NCBI GenBank assembly: GCA_016927245.1
Contig: JAFGNA010000006.1
Coordinates: 17,230 to 81,229 of the forward strand
Source of the DNA: Candidatus Woesearchaeota archaeon
GTDB taxonomy: Archaea; Nanobdellota; Nanobdellia; Woesearchaeales; WJKR01
Length of the DNA: 64,000 bases
Direction: 5' to 3'
The notes beneath the pieces were generated by a model. The model had not been told where the DNA came from. It ran no database searches and saw only the letters and a program-made list of their open reading frames with translations. This document shows positions 39,335 through 48,838 of the stretch, one piece after another (the first letter of the stretch is position 1; each line of letters begins with the position of its first letter). The position numbers and the translations under genes are program-made.

Positions 39335-39838
39335 TCACTTGAACCGTTCCATGTTGAGGTAGTTGCGTATCTCGTTGATGAGTTCGTTCGTGTCGCTCAC
39401 CGCTTCAGCTTCGAACCGCTTCGTGTACCCTTTGTAGATGAATTTCTCCACCATGGTGCGGATGAAGTAGTACGTCGCCTTGGTCTCCCAGTGGCCTTCG
39501 TAGTCCGTGATGAGGAAGCAGTCGAAGCTGAAGTGCAGGTCTCCTTTATTGTATTTCTGCTTGAGATCTCCTCTCGTGACGACCTCTTCGGTAAGGTTGG
39601 TCATCTCGACGTAGACGCGGATCTCGACCTTCGCGTAGTCGCTGATCTTCTTGTACGGTTGCAGCTCGAGGACTATCTGCTTGCTTCCTTCTGAGACTTC
39701 CTCGAAGTTGCGCTTCTCGATCTTGTCGTAGTTGTGCTCGGTGAACCACTTGTCCATGGTCTTGTACAGCCCTCTGAGGTCGAAGAGACCGCTGTAGTGT
39801 AGTGGTTTCAGCCAGACCAGCGTTTTTGTTTCTACCAT
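39335..39838 (-). CDS. Hypothetical protein, member of a tandem paralogue pair.
   Basis: 167 aa. It shares a W...GLY...W..E..Y...EKR and later hW.D...E..E pattern with 39841-40374. Confidence 0.4.
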   Translation of the reverse strand: MVETKTLVWLKPLHYSGLFDLRGLYKTMDKWFTEHNYDKIEKRNFEEVSEGSKQIVLELQPYKKISDYAKVEIRVYVEMTNLTEEVVTRGDLKQKYNKGDLHFSFDCFLITDYEGHWETKATYYFIRTMVEKFIYKGYTKRFEAEAVSDTNELINEIRNYLNMERFK

Positions 39839-39840
39839 GG

Positions 39841-40374
39841 TTACGTGTAGTAGTTAGCGTCGGTGCGCATGTTTAAAAATGTTTTTATGTCGTTGTGCAG
39901 GGAGAATATCTCTCTGGTGATTTTGTCGTGGTGGAGGGCATTGATTTCTTGCCGCCGCACCTGTATCCACCATTCCTTGAGCTTCTTGGTGATGGGCTTG
40001 CTCTCGTCGAAGCGCTTGCTGTAGTCAATCTCGACGGAGATCTCCATTTTTATGTGCAGCCTGCCGGTGTTGCGCTGCAGCGTCTTGGTGCCTTCGACGA
40101 CCTCGATGTCCCTGAGGTCCCAGATGTGGAAGTAGATGAAGATGTGGTACTTGTGCATCTCGTCGATCTTACGCTCCGCCACCATCTCCACTTCCACTTC
40201 ATCGCCTTTGTGCTTGTAGCGCTTCTCGTGGTAGCGGTACTTGTTCTCCTCAAGCCACATCCTGACGAGGCGGTAGAGCCCTTGCCAGTCGAACATGCCT
40301 TTGTACCTGATAATGGGCGGATGCTGGTTTTCGAAGGATTCCTCGCCGGGCAGGGCCATGGTACTATCCTTCAA
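39841..40374 (-). CDS. Hypothetical protein, paralogue of 39335-39838.
   Basis: 177 aa. It has the same conserved aromatic/charged pattern. No known domain recognised. Confidence 0.4.
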   Translation of the reverse strand: MKDSTMALPGEESFENQHPPIIRYKGMFDWQGLYRLVRMWLEENKYRYHEKRYKHKGDEVEVEMVAERKIDEMHKYHIFIYFHIWDLRDIEVVEGTKTLQRNTGRLHIKMEISVEIDYSKRFDESKPITKKLKEWWIQVRRQEINALHHDKITREIFSLHNDIKTFLNMRTDANYYT

Positions 40375-40406
40375 GAACGGGCGTATTTAAAGGTTTCTGC
40401 CTTGTT

Positions 40407-42305
40407 TTAACGAATCCTGACCGCGTCGAGGTTCCTGGGCGCGAGCGTCTCTATCCTGAACTGCTTGTGGATGCTGCTCGCCAGGTCCGTGCACCTGCCA
40501 GGCTCGCCGTGGTTGATGAGCACCTTCTTGGGCCGCGGGTTGCAGCGCTGGATGAAGCTCATGAGCTCCTTGCGGTCTGCGTGCCCTGAGATCTCGATGC
40601 GTTGCACTTCCATGTTGATAGTCATGATTTCCTGCCGGTTCGCGCCCGCGTGCATCGCTATCTCGCGCTCGCCACGCTGGATCCTTCGTCCCAGGCTTCC
40701 CTCGCCTTGGTAGCAGCTGAACACCAATGAGTGACGCTTGTCGTCCGCGAGGTGCTTGAGGTACTCGACCGATGGGCCGCCGACGAGCATGCCGCTCGTG
40801 GCGAGCACGACGCATGACCCTTCATCCTCGATGATCTGCTTTCGCTCCTTCTGGCTGCCGACCCGCTTGATGTTCTCTGCCAGGAATGGGTTGTTGTCCC
40901 GGTGGAATATTTGTTGGCGTATGGTGCTGTTGAGGAACTCTGGGTAGGCGGTGTAGATTGCGGTGATGTCCCAGACCATGCCGTCGATGTACACGGGGAT
41001 GTTGGGGATGCGCCCCTCCCGTATGAGCTTCTCGACGATGATGATGACCTCTTGTCCGCGACCGCTGCCCAGCGTTGGCATGAGGATTTTGCCTCCTCGC
41101 TTCACCGTGTTGGTGATGATGTCTGCTAGTAATTTGTCTTGCTCCTTCGGCGATGCCAGGATGGCGTCCCGAGCGCCGTACGTGCTCTCGATCATGAGCG
41201 TCTCGAGCCGTGGGAACGAGGTCGCCGCCGGCGATAGGAGCTGCGTCTTGGCGAACTTGATGTCACCGCTGTAGAGCAGGTTGTGGAGTCCGTTGCCGAT
41301 GTGGAGGTGGACCATGGCGCTGCCGAGGATGTGCCCGGCGTTGTACATGGTGATGCGGATGTCAGGGGTGATGTCGGTGACTTCCTCGTAGTCGAGGGTG
41401 ATGGTGTGCTTGACCATCTCCTTCACTTCCTCAGCGGTGTACAGCGGGTCTCGTCCTTCTCCGTGCGCGATCTTGACCGTGTCAAGCTGCAAGAGCGCCA
41501 TGATGTCCCTTGTGGGAGCGGTGCAGTACACGGGTCCGCGATAGCCGAACTTGAACAGGTACGGGACAAGTCCTGAGTGGTCGACGTGGGCGTGGCTGAC
41601 GATGATGGCGTCGAGCTGTTGGATGTCGAACTCCGGCGCCTCGAGGTGTGGGTAGGCCTCGGAGCCGTCCTTGGTGACGTCGATGCCGCAGTCCATGAGC
41701 ACCCTTGATTCCGGTGTTTGGAGGAGTATGGCTGATCGTCCGACCTGGCGCGCGCCTCCGAGGTAGGTGAGGCGGACCCATTCCTCTTTGCGCTCCCGCT
41801 GCCACCCGTTGTAGATGCGCTCGCCAGTCTTGTGCAGGAACTTCCTCCTATAGTCTGAGTTCTGGTACAGCACGGCGCGGATGTTCTCTATGATTTGGCT
41901 CCTGATAGCGGGTTTGCGCTTGACGATAGGGACCCAGTACGTCTGCTTCTTGATCTCCTGCAACGTCTCTCCTTGCTTGCCGATCGCTACTCCTGGCTTC
42001 TCTGCCTCGATGATGACTTGGCTTCGCTGCGGGTCGAAGATGATCTGGTCTATCCCTGCTTCCTCGTCGACGATGCCTTTGATGATCTCTTCGGCGCGTT
42101 CCTGGTCGATGCACAGGCTCGGGTCCGATCGGAGCTCGACGCGCTTCTTGATGCTGTTCACCGCCTTGCGGACGAGCCCTCTGTCGTTGAGGAAGAGCTC
42201 TCGGTCCTTGGTGTAGAGCACGATGTTCGCTCCTTCGAACACGGCGTCGCTGACGTCTCTTTCAGGGATGACCTTGAATATTTCCTTGATGATGTCTGCT
42301 GGCAT
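40407..42305 (-). CDS. Archaeal CPSF1-like beta-CASP ribonuclease (two KH domains, metallo-beta-lactamase and beta-CASP).
   Basis: The MBL motif HAHVDHSG is present, followed by beta-CASP motifs, with N-terminal KH-like repeats. At 632 aa it is typical of aCPSF1. Confidence 0.85.
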   Translation of the reverse strand: MPADIIKEIFKVIPERDVSDAVFEGANIVLYTKDRELFLNDRGLVRKAVNSIKKRVELRSDPSLCIDQERAEEIIKGIVDEEAGIDQIIFDPQRSQVIIEAEKPGVAIGKQGETLQEIKKQTYWVPIVKRKPAIRSQIIENIRAVLYQNSDYRRKFLHKTGERIYNGWQRERKEEWVRLTYLGGARQVGRSAILLQTPESRVLMDCGIDVTKDGSEAYPHLEAPEFDIQQLDAIIVSHAHVDHSGLVPYLFKFGYRGPVYCTAPTRDIMALLQLDTVKIAHGEGRDPLYTAEEVKEMVKHTITLDYEEVTDITPDIRITMYNAGHILGSAMVHLHIGNGLHNLLYSGDIKFAKTQLLSPAATSFPRLETLMIESTYGARDAILASPKEQDKLLADIITNTVKRGGKILMPTLGSGRGQEVIIIVEKLIREGRIPNIPVYIDGMVWDITAIYTAYPEFLNSTIRQQIFHRDNNPFLAENIKRVGSQKERKQIIEDEGSCVVLATSGMLVGGPSVEYLKHLADDKRHSLVFSCYQGEGSLGRRIQRGEREIAMHAGANRQEIMTINMEVQRIEISGHADRKELMSFIQRCNPRPKKVLINHGEPGRCTDLASSIHKQFRIETLAPRNLDAVRIR

Positions 42306-42360
42306 TTGTGCAATGGCCTCTCTGGTGACTGGTCAGAATGTTATCGGAAAAGATTTTGGC

Positions 42361-42990
42361 TTACTTGGCGATCTTGGTGTCGAGGAGCTTGTGGTATGCC
42401 TCCCTGACACCTTTCTTGTCGATGACGAACACGTCAATGCCTTGCCCGCTGAACACGTCTCGCTGGAGCGAGGCGTTCACCGCCTGGGTGATGAGCTTGA
42501 CGCCTTCCTCTTCTGATAATCCTTCTTGGTAGTTGTTCTCCAGGACGCCGTACGCGAACACGCTCCCGCTGCCCGTAGCGACGAAGTCCTCGACGTAGGT
42601 GACGCTGCCGTCGGGGAACAGGTCGTACAGGTGGATGTCCTCGTTGTCCGCTCCTCCGATGAGGAAGTGGCTGATGCCGCCGACGGCGCGGATGTTGCCG
42701 TATACGAAGCCGCCGAGGAGGTTGGCAGCTTCCTTGACCGTGGTGGACCTGTTCGTCCTGAACTCCTTGAGCTTGAGTTCTGCCTTGAGGTACTTGACGA
42801 GGAGCTGTATCTCGCTGACGCTGCCCGCCGTCGTGACTGCCATCCTGTCGTTGATGGGCACGACCTTCTTCGTCTTCTTGTCAACGACCAGGTTGCCCGC
42901 TGTTGCTCGCTTGTCTGCTGCGAGGATGACGCAGTCCTTGCACACGATACCGACGGTAGTGGTGCCGGTCTTCAACATGTTTCCTTCCAT
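42361..42990 (-). CDS. psmB: Proteasome beta subunit.
   Basis: The propeptide is followed by TTTVGIVCKDCVILAADKRATAGN (Ntn Thr). Confidence 0.85.
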   Translation of the reverse strand: MEGNMLKTGTTTVGIVCKDCVILAADKRATAGNLVVDKKTKKVVPINDRMAVTTAGSVSEIQLLVKYLKAELKLKEFRTNRSTTVKEAANLLGGFVYGNIRAVGGISHFLIGGADNEDIHLYDLFPDGSVTYVEDFVATGSGSVFAYGVLENNYQEGLSEEEGVKLITQAVNASLQRDVFSGQGIDVFVIDKKGVREAYHKLLDTKIAK

Positions 42991-43073
42991 GTGGCTTGTC
43001 CCCCTTCTACCGGTTTTGAGTCAGGAGAAGAACTCTTATGTTCAAGGGAAGAACAAGGCCTCATTTATAAATG

Positions 43074-43508
43074 TTATGGTTCTTCCCGGGTCACCTGCTC
43101 CGGGACGCGGTACTCTTTCCAAGAGACTTTTCTTCCTTGGATAGTGGTTTTCAGGCTCTTCTCCACGCCCGAGAGCCTTGACTTCCCGCTCTTCACCTCG
43201 ACGAAGACCACTTCGGAGATCTCTTTCTCATCCATCCCTTTGAACACGAGGAAGTCGACCGGTTTGCCCAGGAACCGGACCTCGGTCGGGTTGTAGGGGA
43301 AGCCAGGCAGGAACGGCGCTAATTGCTCGGAGAACTGTCCGCCCACGACCGCCCGGCTCCGCTTCGCCGCGTCCGCTCTGATACGGGGGAGCTCCTCCGC
43401 CCACAACCGGTCCGAGAGGAGCTTGCCGTAGTACTTGCCTAAGAGGTAGCCTATCCATAATGCCGCTATCGCGATGATAGCGATGACGAGGACCGTGACA
43501 GGGGTCAT
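43074..43508 (-). CDS. Membrane-anchored PD-(D/E)xK nuclease-fold protein (Hjc/NucS-like core).
   Basis: An N-terminal TM helix is present, then FLVFKG...EVVFVEVKSGKSRLSGVEKSL resembling the Hjc E-x-K catalytic strand. Confidence 0.4.
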   Translation of the reverse strand: MTPVTVLVIAIIAIAALWIGYLLGKYYGKLLSDRLWAEELPRIRADAAKRSRAVVGGQFSEQLAPFLPGFPYNPTEVRFLGKPVDFLVFKGMDEKEISEVVFVEVKSGKSRLSGVEKSLKTTIQGRKVSWKEYRVPEQVTREEP

Positions 43509-43573
43509 ACATCCTCACTGCGCCACCCACTTATTTATAGGTTTCTCTCCTCTTACACACCCACAACCTTTAT

Positions 43574-43590
43574 AAACACCTTGTTATTCT
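43574..43590 (+). promoter_or_regulatory. Candidate TATA box for the L1-L10-L12 operon.
   Basis: The element cctttataaacacc lies about 50 nt upstream of the L1 ATG (43640). Confidence 0.4.
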
Positions 43591-43639
43591 CGCCCCTTGC
43601 CCGTCAGCACTACGCTGCGCTCGTAGGAGGGAAGCCATT

Positions 43640-44290
43640 ATGAACATCGAGTCCGTCACCAAGGCCCTGCAGGCTGCCAAGGAGCAGTCCAAGGAGCGCA
43701 AGTTCTCCCAGACCGTTGATCTTATCATCGCCCTCAAAGGCCTGAATCTGAAAAAGCCCGAGGAGCAGGTCGAGTTCTTCGTCGACCTCCCCCACGCGCC
43801 GGGCAAGCAGCGCAAGATCTGCGCGCTGGTCGGCCCTGACTTGGAGGAAAAGGCTAAGGAGTCCTGCGACCTCGTCATCACCCAGGCAGGCTTCGACAAG
43901 TACAAGGACAAGAAGGAGGTCAAGAAGCTCGCCACGACGTATGACTATTTCATCGCCCAGGCCGACCTCATGCCCAAGGTGGCGGCGGCGTTCGGCAGGG
44001 CATTAGGCCCCCGCGGCAAGATGCCCAACCCGAAGGCAGGGTGCATCCTCCCCCCGAAAGCGCCGGTGCAGCCCGTCGTGGAGCGGCTGCAGAAGCTCGC
44101 CAGGATTGCGGCGAAGAAGCAGCTCGCCATCCAGCTCGCCGTGGGCAAAGACGACATGCCGGAACGGGACGTCGCGGAGAACGTCCTCGCCGTCTACAAC
44201 CACCTCGCCCATCACCTCCCCGCAGAGAAGAACAACATCAAGCACGCCTATCTCAAGTATACCATGGGCAAGCCAGTACTGCTCGACTAA
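43640..44290 (+). CDS. rpl1: 50S ribosomal protein L1.
   Basis: L1 signature regions are present (GPRGKMPNPKAG). Confidence 0.85.
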   Translation: MNIESVTKALQAAKEQSKERKFSQTVDLIIALKGLNLKKPEEQVEFFVDLPHAPGKQRKICALVGPDLEEKAKESCDLVITQAGFDKYKDKKEVKKLATTYDYFIAQADLMPKVAAAFGRALGPRGKMPNPKAGCILPPKAPVQPVVERLQKLARIAAKKQLAIQLAVGKDDMPERDVAENVLAVYNHLAHHLPAEKNNIKHAYLKYTMGKPVLLD

Positions 44291-44293
44291 AAG

Positions 44294-45160
44294 ATGATCG
44301 CTATGCCAGGAACCTACGAAACCAAGTCGTCGCCGGTGAAACGAGAGACCGTGGCCTCATACATCAAGCTCATCAAGGAGTACCCCATCGTAGGAGCGGT
44401 CGACGTGGAGCACATGCCCGCCCTGCAGCTGAACAGGCTGCGCGCCCAGCTGCGCGGCACAGTACTTATCAAGATGGCCAAGAGGCGCATCCTCTCCCTC
44501 GCGCTGGAAAGCTCTGGGAAGGAAGGCGTCAAGGAGCTCATCCCATACCTTAAGGGCATGCCCGCGCTCATCTTCACGGAGGAATCGCCGTTCAAGCTCT
44601 ACAAGACCTTGCAGAGGAACAAGTCCAATGCGCCTATCAAGCCTGGTCAAGCGGCGCCGAACAACATCGTCGTGCCCGCGGGCCCGACAGGGTTCGCGCC
44701 TGGACCGGTCATCGGCGAACTCGGCTCGCTCGGCATCAAGGCAGGCATCGAGGGTGGCAAGGTCGCTATCAAAGCGGACGCCGTGGTGGCCAAGGCGGGC
44801 GACGTGGTCAGCGCCAAGCTGGCGAGCATCCTCGGCCGGCTCGGCATTGAGCCTATGGAGATTGGCCTCAACCTCACCGCTGTGTGCGAGAAGGGGGAAA
44901 TCCTCGTCAAGGAAGTCCTGGACATCGATGAGGAGGAGTACCAGAAGGACTTCAACGCCGCCGCGTCGTGGGCGTTCAACCTGGCGTTCAACGCTGGATT
45001 CCCCACCGCTGACACCGTGCGCCCATTGCTGCAAGCCGCGCATCGCGACGCGTACCTGCTGGCAGCCGCGCAGGACGTCATGACCGATGAGACCAAGGAG
45101 CGAGTGCTCGCGAAGGCGGAGGCGCAAGCAGCCGCGCTGAAACAAATGACAGGATCATAA
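44294..45160 (+). CDS. rplP0: Ribosomal protein L10/P0 (stalk).
   Basis: Position after L1, the length and the P0 N-domain pattern fit. The C-terminus is Ala-rich. Confidence 0.8.
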   Translation: MIAMPGTYETKSSPVKRETVASYIKLIKEYPIVGAVDVEHMPALQLNRLRAQLRGTVLIKMAKRRILSLALESSGKEGVKELIPYLKGMPALIFTEESPFKLYKTLQRNKSNAPIKPGQAAPNNIVVPAGPTGFAPGPVIGELGSLGIKAGIEGGKVAIKADAVVAKAGDVVSAKLASILGRLGIEPMEIGLNLTAVCEKGEILVKEVLDIDEEEYQKDFNAAASWAFNLAFNAGFPTADTVRPLLQAAHRDAYLLAAAQDVMTDETKERVLAKAEAQAAALKQMTGS

Positions 45161-45186
45161 CGCAAGACCGTATGGAGGGATGAAGA

Positions 45187-45504
45187 ATGGAATATGTCTA
45201 TGCCGCAATGTTGTTGCACAAGGCTGGTAAAACGATCGATGAGGCTTCACTCAAGAAAGTGCTGGAAGCAGCAGGCGTCAAGGCTGACGACGGCCGCGCG
45301 AAGGCGCTGGTCGCCGCCCTGGACGGCGTCGATATAGAGGAAGCTGTCAAGAGCGCCGCGGTCGCCGCGGCCCCCGCCGCGGCCCCCGCCGCAGCGGCTC
45401 CCGCAGCTGCCGCCGAGGCGCCTGCTGAGGAGAAGAAAGGAGATAAGGAAGAGGAGAAGGATGAGGGACAGGCGGCTGCTGGTCTCGGCGCCCTCTTCGG
45501 ATAA
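45187..45504 (+). CDS. rpl12: Ribosomal stalk protein P1/L12.
   Basis: N-terminal [11 protein letters not shown] is present, with an Ala/Pro hinge and an acidic C-terminus ending GLGALFG. Confidence 0.85.
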   Translation: MEYVYAAMLLHKAGKTIDEASLKKVLEAAGVKADDGRAKALVAALDGVDIEEAVKSAAVAAAPAAAPAAAAPAAAAEAPAEEKKGDKEEEKDEGQAAAGLGALFG

Positions 45505-45522
45505 GATTTTTTTTCCTGTTAT
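45505..45522 (+). terminator. T-rich putative archaeal terminator after the stalk operon.
   Basis: The element taagattttttttcctgtt (T8 run) lies immediately after the stop codon. Confidence 0.3.
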
Positions 45523-45558
45523 TATTTCATCGCGTACCATAACACCCGTGCATGCATC

Positions 45559-46461
45559 ATGGCAGAGGACAAGGAAGATGTGGAGCAGCTCCTGCGTCAG
45601 TTGAAGCTCGTCAAGGAAGAGGTCGCCCAGATTAAGAAGCGCCTCTCAGCGGTGAGCAAGGACAAGGAGGAGTGGTTCTCCAAGAAGCGTGATATCAGCA
45701 ACCAGATCCGCGAGAAGATTTCCTCTGTCAAGGAGTCCAAGACGGAGCGCAACTCGTTCACTGGGGAGGCGCGGAAGGCAAAGCAGGAGCGCGACAAGCT
45801 GAACAGGCAGATTACCGAGAGCATCCGCGAGATTAAGCGGATGAAGGATGCCTACCTGGCCGTGGCGGACAAGATGGGTATCAAAGGCAATCCTTCTGAG
45901 CTCAAGCGCATGATTGAGCGATTGGAGTACCGCTTGCAGACCGAGCCGATGAAGTTTGACCGCGAGCAGAAGGTGATGAAGGAGATCAAGGATCTCAAGA
46001 AGCAGTACAAGGAGTTCGAGGCCGTGCATCAGGAGTGGGAGGCGGTCGCCAAGAAGAGCAAGGAGATTGACGTGCTCAAGAAGAAGGCGAACGAGTTCCA
46101 TCGTATCGTCCAGGACTTCGCGAAGTCATCCCAGCAGCAGCACGAGGTCTTGGTAGGGGATTCCAAGGAAATAGATGAGCTCAAGAAGGCTGAGGAGGAG
46201 GCGTATAACAAGTTCTTCGAGCACAAGACCCGTTTCAAGGAGGTCAATGACGAGCTCAAGGCCAAGCTTAAGGAATTGCAGGCCATCAAGGAAAAGCTTC
46301 AGGAGAACGACGTCGCCCTCAAGGAGGAGGAGCGGAAGAAGGAGCAGAAGACCCTGAAGGAGAAGGCTGCCGAGGTGGAGGAGAAGGTCAAGCAGAAGAA
46401 GAAATTGACGACTGAGGACCTCCTCATCATGCAGCGGACCGAGTCTAAGAGGGCTGCGTAG
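45559..46461 (+). CDS. Lys/Glu-rich coiled-coil protein of unknown function.
   Basis: The 300-aa translation is heptad-like and KE-rich throughout. Confidence 0.4.
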   Translation: MAEDKEDVEQLLRQLKLVKEEVAQIKKRLSAVSKDKEEWFSKKRDISNQIREKISSVKESKTERNSFTGEARKAKQERDKLNRQITESIREIKRMKDAYLAVADKMGIKGNPSELKRMIERLEYRLQTEPMKFDREQKVMKEIKDLKKQYKEFEAVHQEWEAVAKKSKEIDVLKKKANEFHRIVQDFAKSSQQQHEVLVGDSKEIDELKKAEEEAYNKFFEHKTRFKEVNDELKAKLKELQAIKEKLQENDVALKEEERKKEQKTLKEKAAEVEEKVKQKKKLTTEDLLIMQRTESKRAA

Positions 46462-46543
46462 CCATCCTCAACCCTGAGATATACTTTTTCGTATACTGCT
46501 TCAAGCATGTTTATAAAGGGCTTTTTGCTTCTGCATCTGCAGC

Positions 46544-47401
46544 ATGACGCTGTACATGATAGGCTTGGGCCTCTACGACATGGCGGACATCACGCTGCGG
46601 GGATTGGAGGCCATCAGGAACTGCGACGTCATCTACCTCGAGCACTATACCGCCGTCCTGCACACGGGCAAAGAGGAGCTTGAACGGTTCTTCAAGAAGC
46701 CAATCATCCTCGCCAATCGCGAGATGGTGGAAGTAGGAGGAGGCAACATCGTCGACCAAGCAAGGGACAAGGATGTCGCCTTCCTCGTCGTGGGCGACCC
46801 GTTCGGCGCCACGACGCACGCAGACCTCTTCCTCCGCGCGCGGAAGAAGGGCGTGCACATCGAGGTCATCCACAACGCGAGCATCATGTCCGCCATCGGG
46901 GTCGTGGGATTAGAGTTGTACAAGTACGGCAAGACCACGAGCATCGTCTTCCCCGATGAGAATTGGCTTCCCGACGCCCCGTACCACGCGATCAAGCGCA
47001 ACCAAGAGGCGGGCATGCACACCCTCTGCCTTCTCGACATCAAGGTCGCTGAACCGAGCAAGGAAGACCTGCTTAAAGGCATCGACAAGCCGCAACCCCC
47101 TCGCTTCATGACCGTGCAGCAAGGCCTCGACGTCCTCAAACAGTTGGAGGAGAAGCACGGCCTTGGCGTCATCGGCGACGATACCATCATCGTCGGCGTC
47201 GCTCGTCTGGGCGGCGTGAACGACATCCCCCTCGTCCGCTCGGGGACCATCAAGCAGCTCATGGACGTCGACTTCGGCGAACCAATGCACTCCATCATCA
47301 TTCCTTCCCCTGAACTCCATCACGTCGAGGAAGAGATGGTCGAGCAGTGGTGCGCGGGCGAGGAATGCGTCGAGGAAAAAGAGGCGAAGAGAAAAAAATA
47401 A
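46544..47401 (+). CDS. dph5: Diphthine synthase.
   Basis: A tetrapyrrole-methylase fold is present (MTLYMIGLGLYD, GDPFGATTH). Confidence 0.85.
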   Translation: MTLYMIGLGLYDMADITLRGLEAIRNCDVIYLEHYTAVLHTGKEELERFFKKPIILANREMVEVGGGNIVDQARDKDVAFLVVGDPFGATTHADLFLRARKKGVHIEVIHNASIMSAIGVVGLELYKYGKTTSIVFPDENWLPDAPYHAIKRNQEAGMHTLCLLDIKVAEPSKEDLLKGIDKPQPPRFMTVQQGLDVLKQLEEKHGLGVIGDDTIIVGVARLGGVNDIPLVRSGTIKQLMDVDFGEPMHSIIIPSPELHHVEEEMVEQWCAGEECVEEKEAKRKK

Positions 47402-48199
47402 TCATTTCTTGGCAGCGGTCTTCATCGCATGCCTGAGATTCGCCGCGCTGATGTTATCCATGTTACCGATGGACTCGAACGCGCGCAGGACCTCGAGCGG
47501 CACGGCGAAGATGACCGTGTTGCTCTGGTCGCTGGAGAGGTCGTTGAGCGTCTGTAGCGTCCTGAGATGGAGCGCGCCAGGCGCCTTCGCCAGCGTCATC
47601 GCGGCCTTGCTCATGTTCGCCGCCGCCGCGGTCTCGCCCTCCGCCTTGATAATCACAGCGCGCTTCTCCCTTTCCGCTTCTGCCTGCTTGCCCATGACGC
47701 GCTTCATGTCCTGCGGCAATATCACGTCTTTCAGGTCCACTGATTCCACGAGGATGCCCCACGGGTCGGTGGCCTTATCCACAATCTGCTGTATCTTCCT
47801 GGAGATGTCATCCCTGTTGCTCAGCAGCTCATCCAATTCCACCTCACCGACGATGTTCCGCATCGTGGTCTGCGCGAGTTGCGAGACGGCGTACATGAAG
47901 TGCTCGACCTCGATGATGGCCTTCGCTGAGTCCTTCACCTTGTAGTACACGACCGCGTTGACGTTCACGCTGATGTTGTCTTTGGTCATGCAGTCCTGGT
48001 CAGGCACGTCCACCGCCTTGACCCGCATATCTACCCTCACCCAAGACTGGAAGATGGGGATGACGATGCGCCAACCAGGCTTCATGATGCCGCTGTACTT
48101 ACCGAACGTGAACTTCACGCCGCGCTCATATTCATTGACGACCTTCAGCCCTGCGAGGATGAACAGGACGAGGATACCGATGAAAACCCAACCAATCAT
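47402..48199 (-). CDS. SPFH/band-7 (stomatin/prohibitin) family membrane protein.
   Basis: An N-terminal TM and an SPFH core (RVDMRVKAVDVPDQD...TKDN) are present. Confidence 0.75.
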   Translation of the reverse strand: MIGWVFIGILVLFILAGLKVVNEYERGVKFTFGKYSGIMKPGWRIVIPIFQSWVRVDMRVKAVDVPDQDCMTKDNISVNVNAVVYYKVKDSAKAIIEVEHFMYAVSQLAQTTMRNIVGEVELDELLSNRDDISRKIQQIVDKATDPWGILVESVDLKDVILPQDMKRVMGKQAEAEREKRAVIIKAEGETAAAANMSKAAMTLAKAPGALHLRTLQTLNDLSSDQSNTVIFAVPLEVLRAFESIGNMDNISAANLRHAMKTAAKK

Positions 48200-48321
48200 T
48201 TTATTATCACCCCTGCTCTGAGTCTTCCCTGGACTTTTTAAATATTTCTTTTTTGTCCTCGAGCGCCGTCTCCACCGGTCAAATCGAAATATTTATAAAA
48301 ACGGTTTCGCTAGGGATGCCT

Positions 48322-48804
48322 ATGCGCTCAAGGAAAGGCATGTCCCCGCTCATCGCCACCGTTCTCCTCATAGCCTTCGCCGTCGCGCTCGGCGCGATGA
48401 TTATGAACTGGTCCGTGGACGGCACCACCACGACCCCTGATGACCGAGGAGGGGATGCCGGCGACCCCTGCCAGGACGTACAGTTGCAGCTCAAACAGGT
48501 GTTCGGCAAGCAGATCCTGTGCTACCAGGATGGTGCCATCAAGTTCAACGTCGTGAACACGGGCGGGCGCGAGATTACCGGCATCCAAGTGCGCACCATT
48601 GACGAGGACCTCAACGAGGTCAAGCACGACGTCCCAGGGAGCAGGTTACCGAGCGGCGGCACGTTCGAGTACTCGTTGCCCGCGGCGGCCTTGGGAAGGG
48701 TTCACGTCGAGCTCGTCCCATACGTGCTCGAGAACGGCAATCCAAAGTATTGCATCTCCCGCAAGATAGTCAATGACGCCCTGCCGAGCTGCTCGAACGA
48801 GTAA
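48322..48804 (+). CDS. Archaeal type IV pilin-like protein with a class III signal peptide.
   Basis: MRSRKGMSPLIATVLLIAFAVALGAMI shows a KG|MSP prepilin-peptidase-like site. A TATA-like tatttataaaa lies about 30 nt upstream. Confidence 0.5.
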   Translation: MRSRKGMSPLIATVLLIAFAVALGAMIMNWSVDGTTTTPDDRGGDAGDPCQDVQLQLKQVFGKQILCYQDGAIKFNVVNTGGREITGIQVRTIDEDLNEVKHDVPGSRLPSGGTFEYSLPAAALGRVHVELVPYVLENGNPKYCISRKIVNDALPSCSNE

Positions 48805-48838
48805 GCTTTTTATACCCTCTTCTTTTCTTCCTGCTCTC

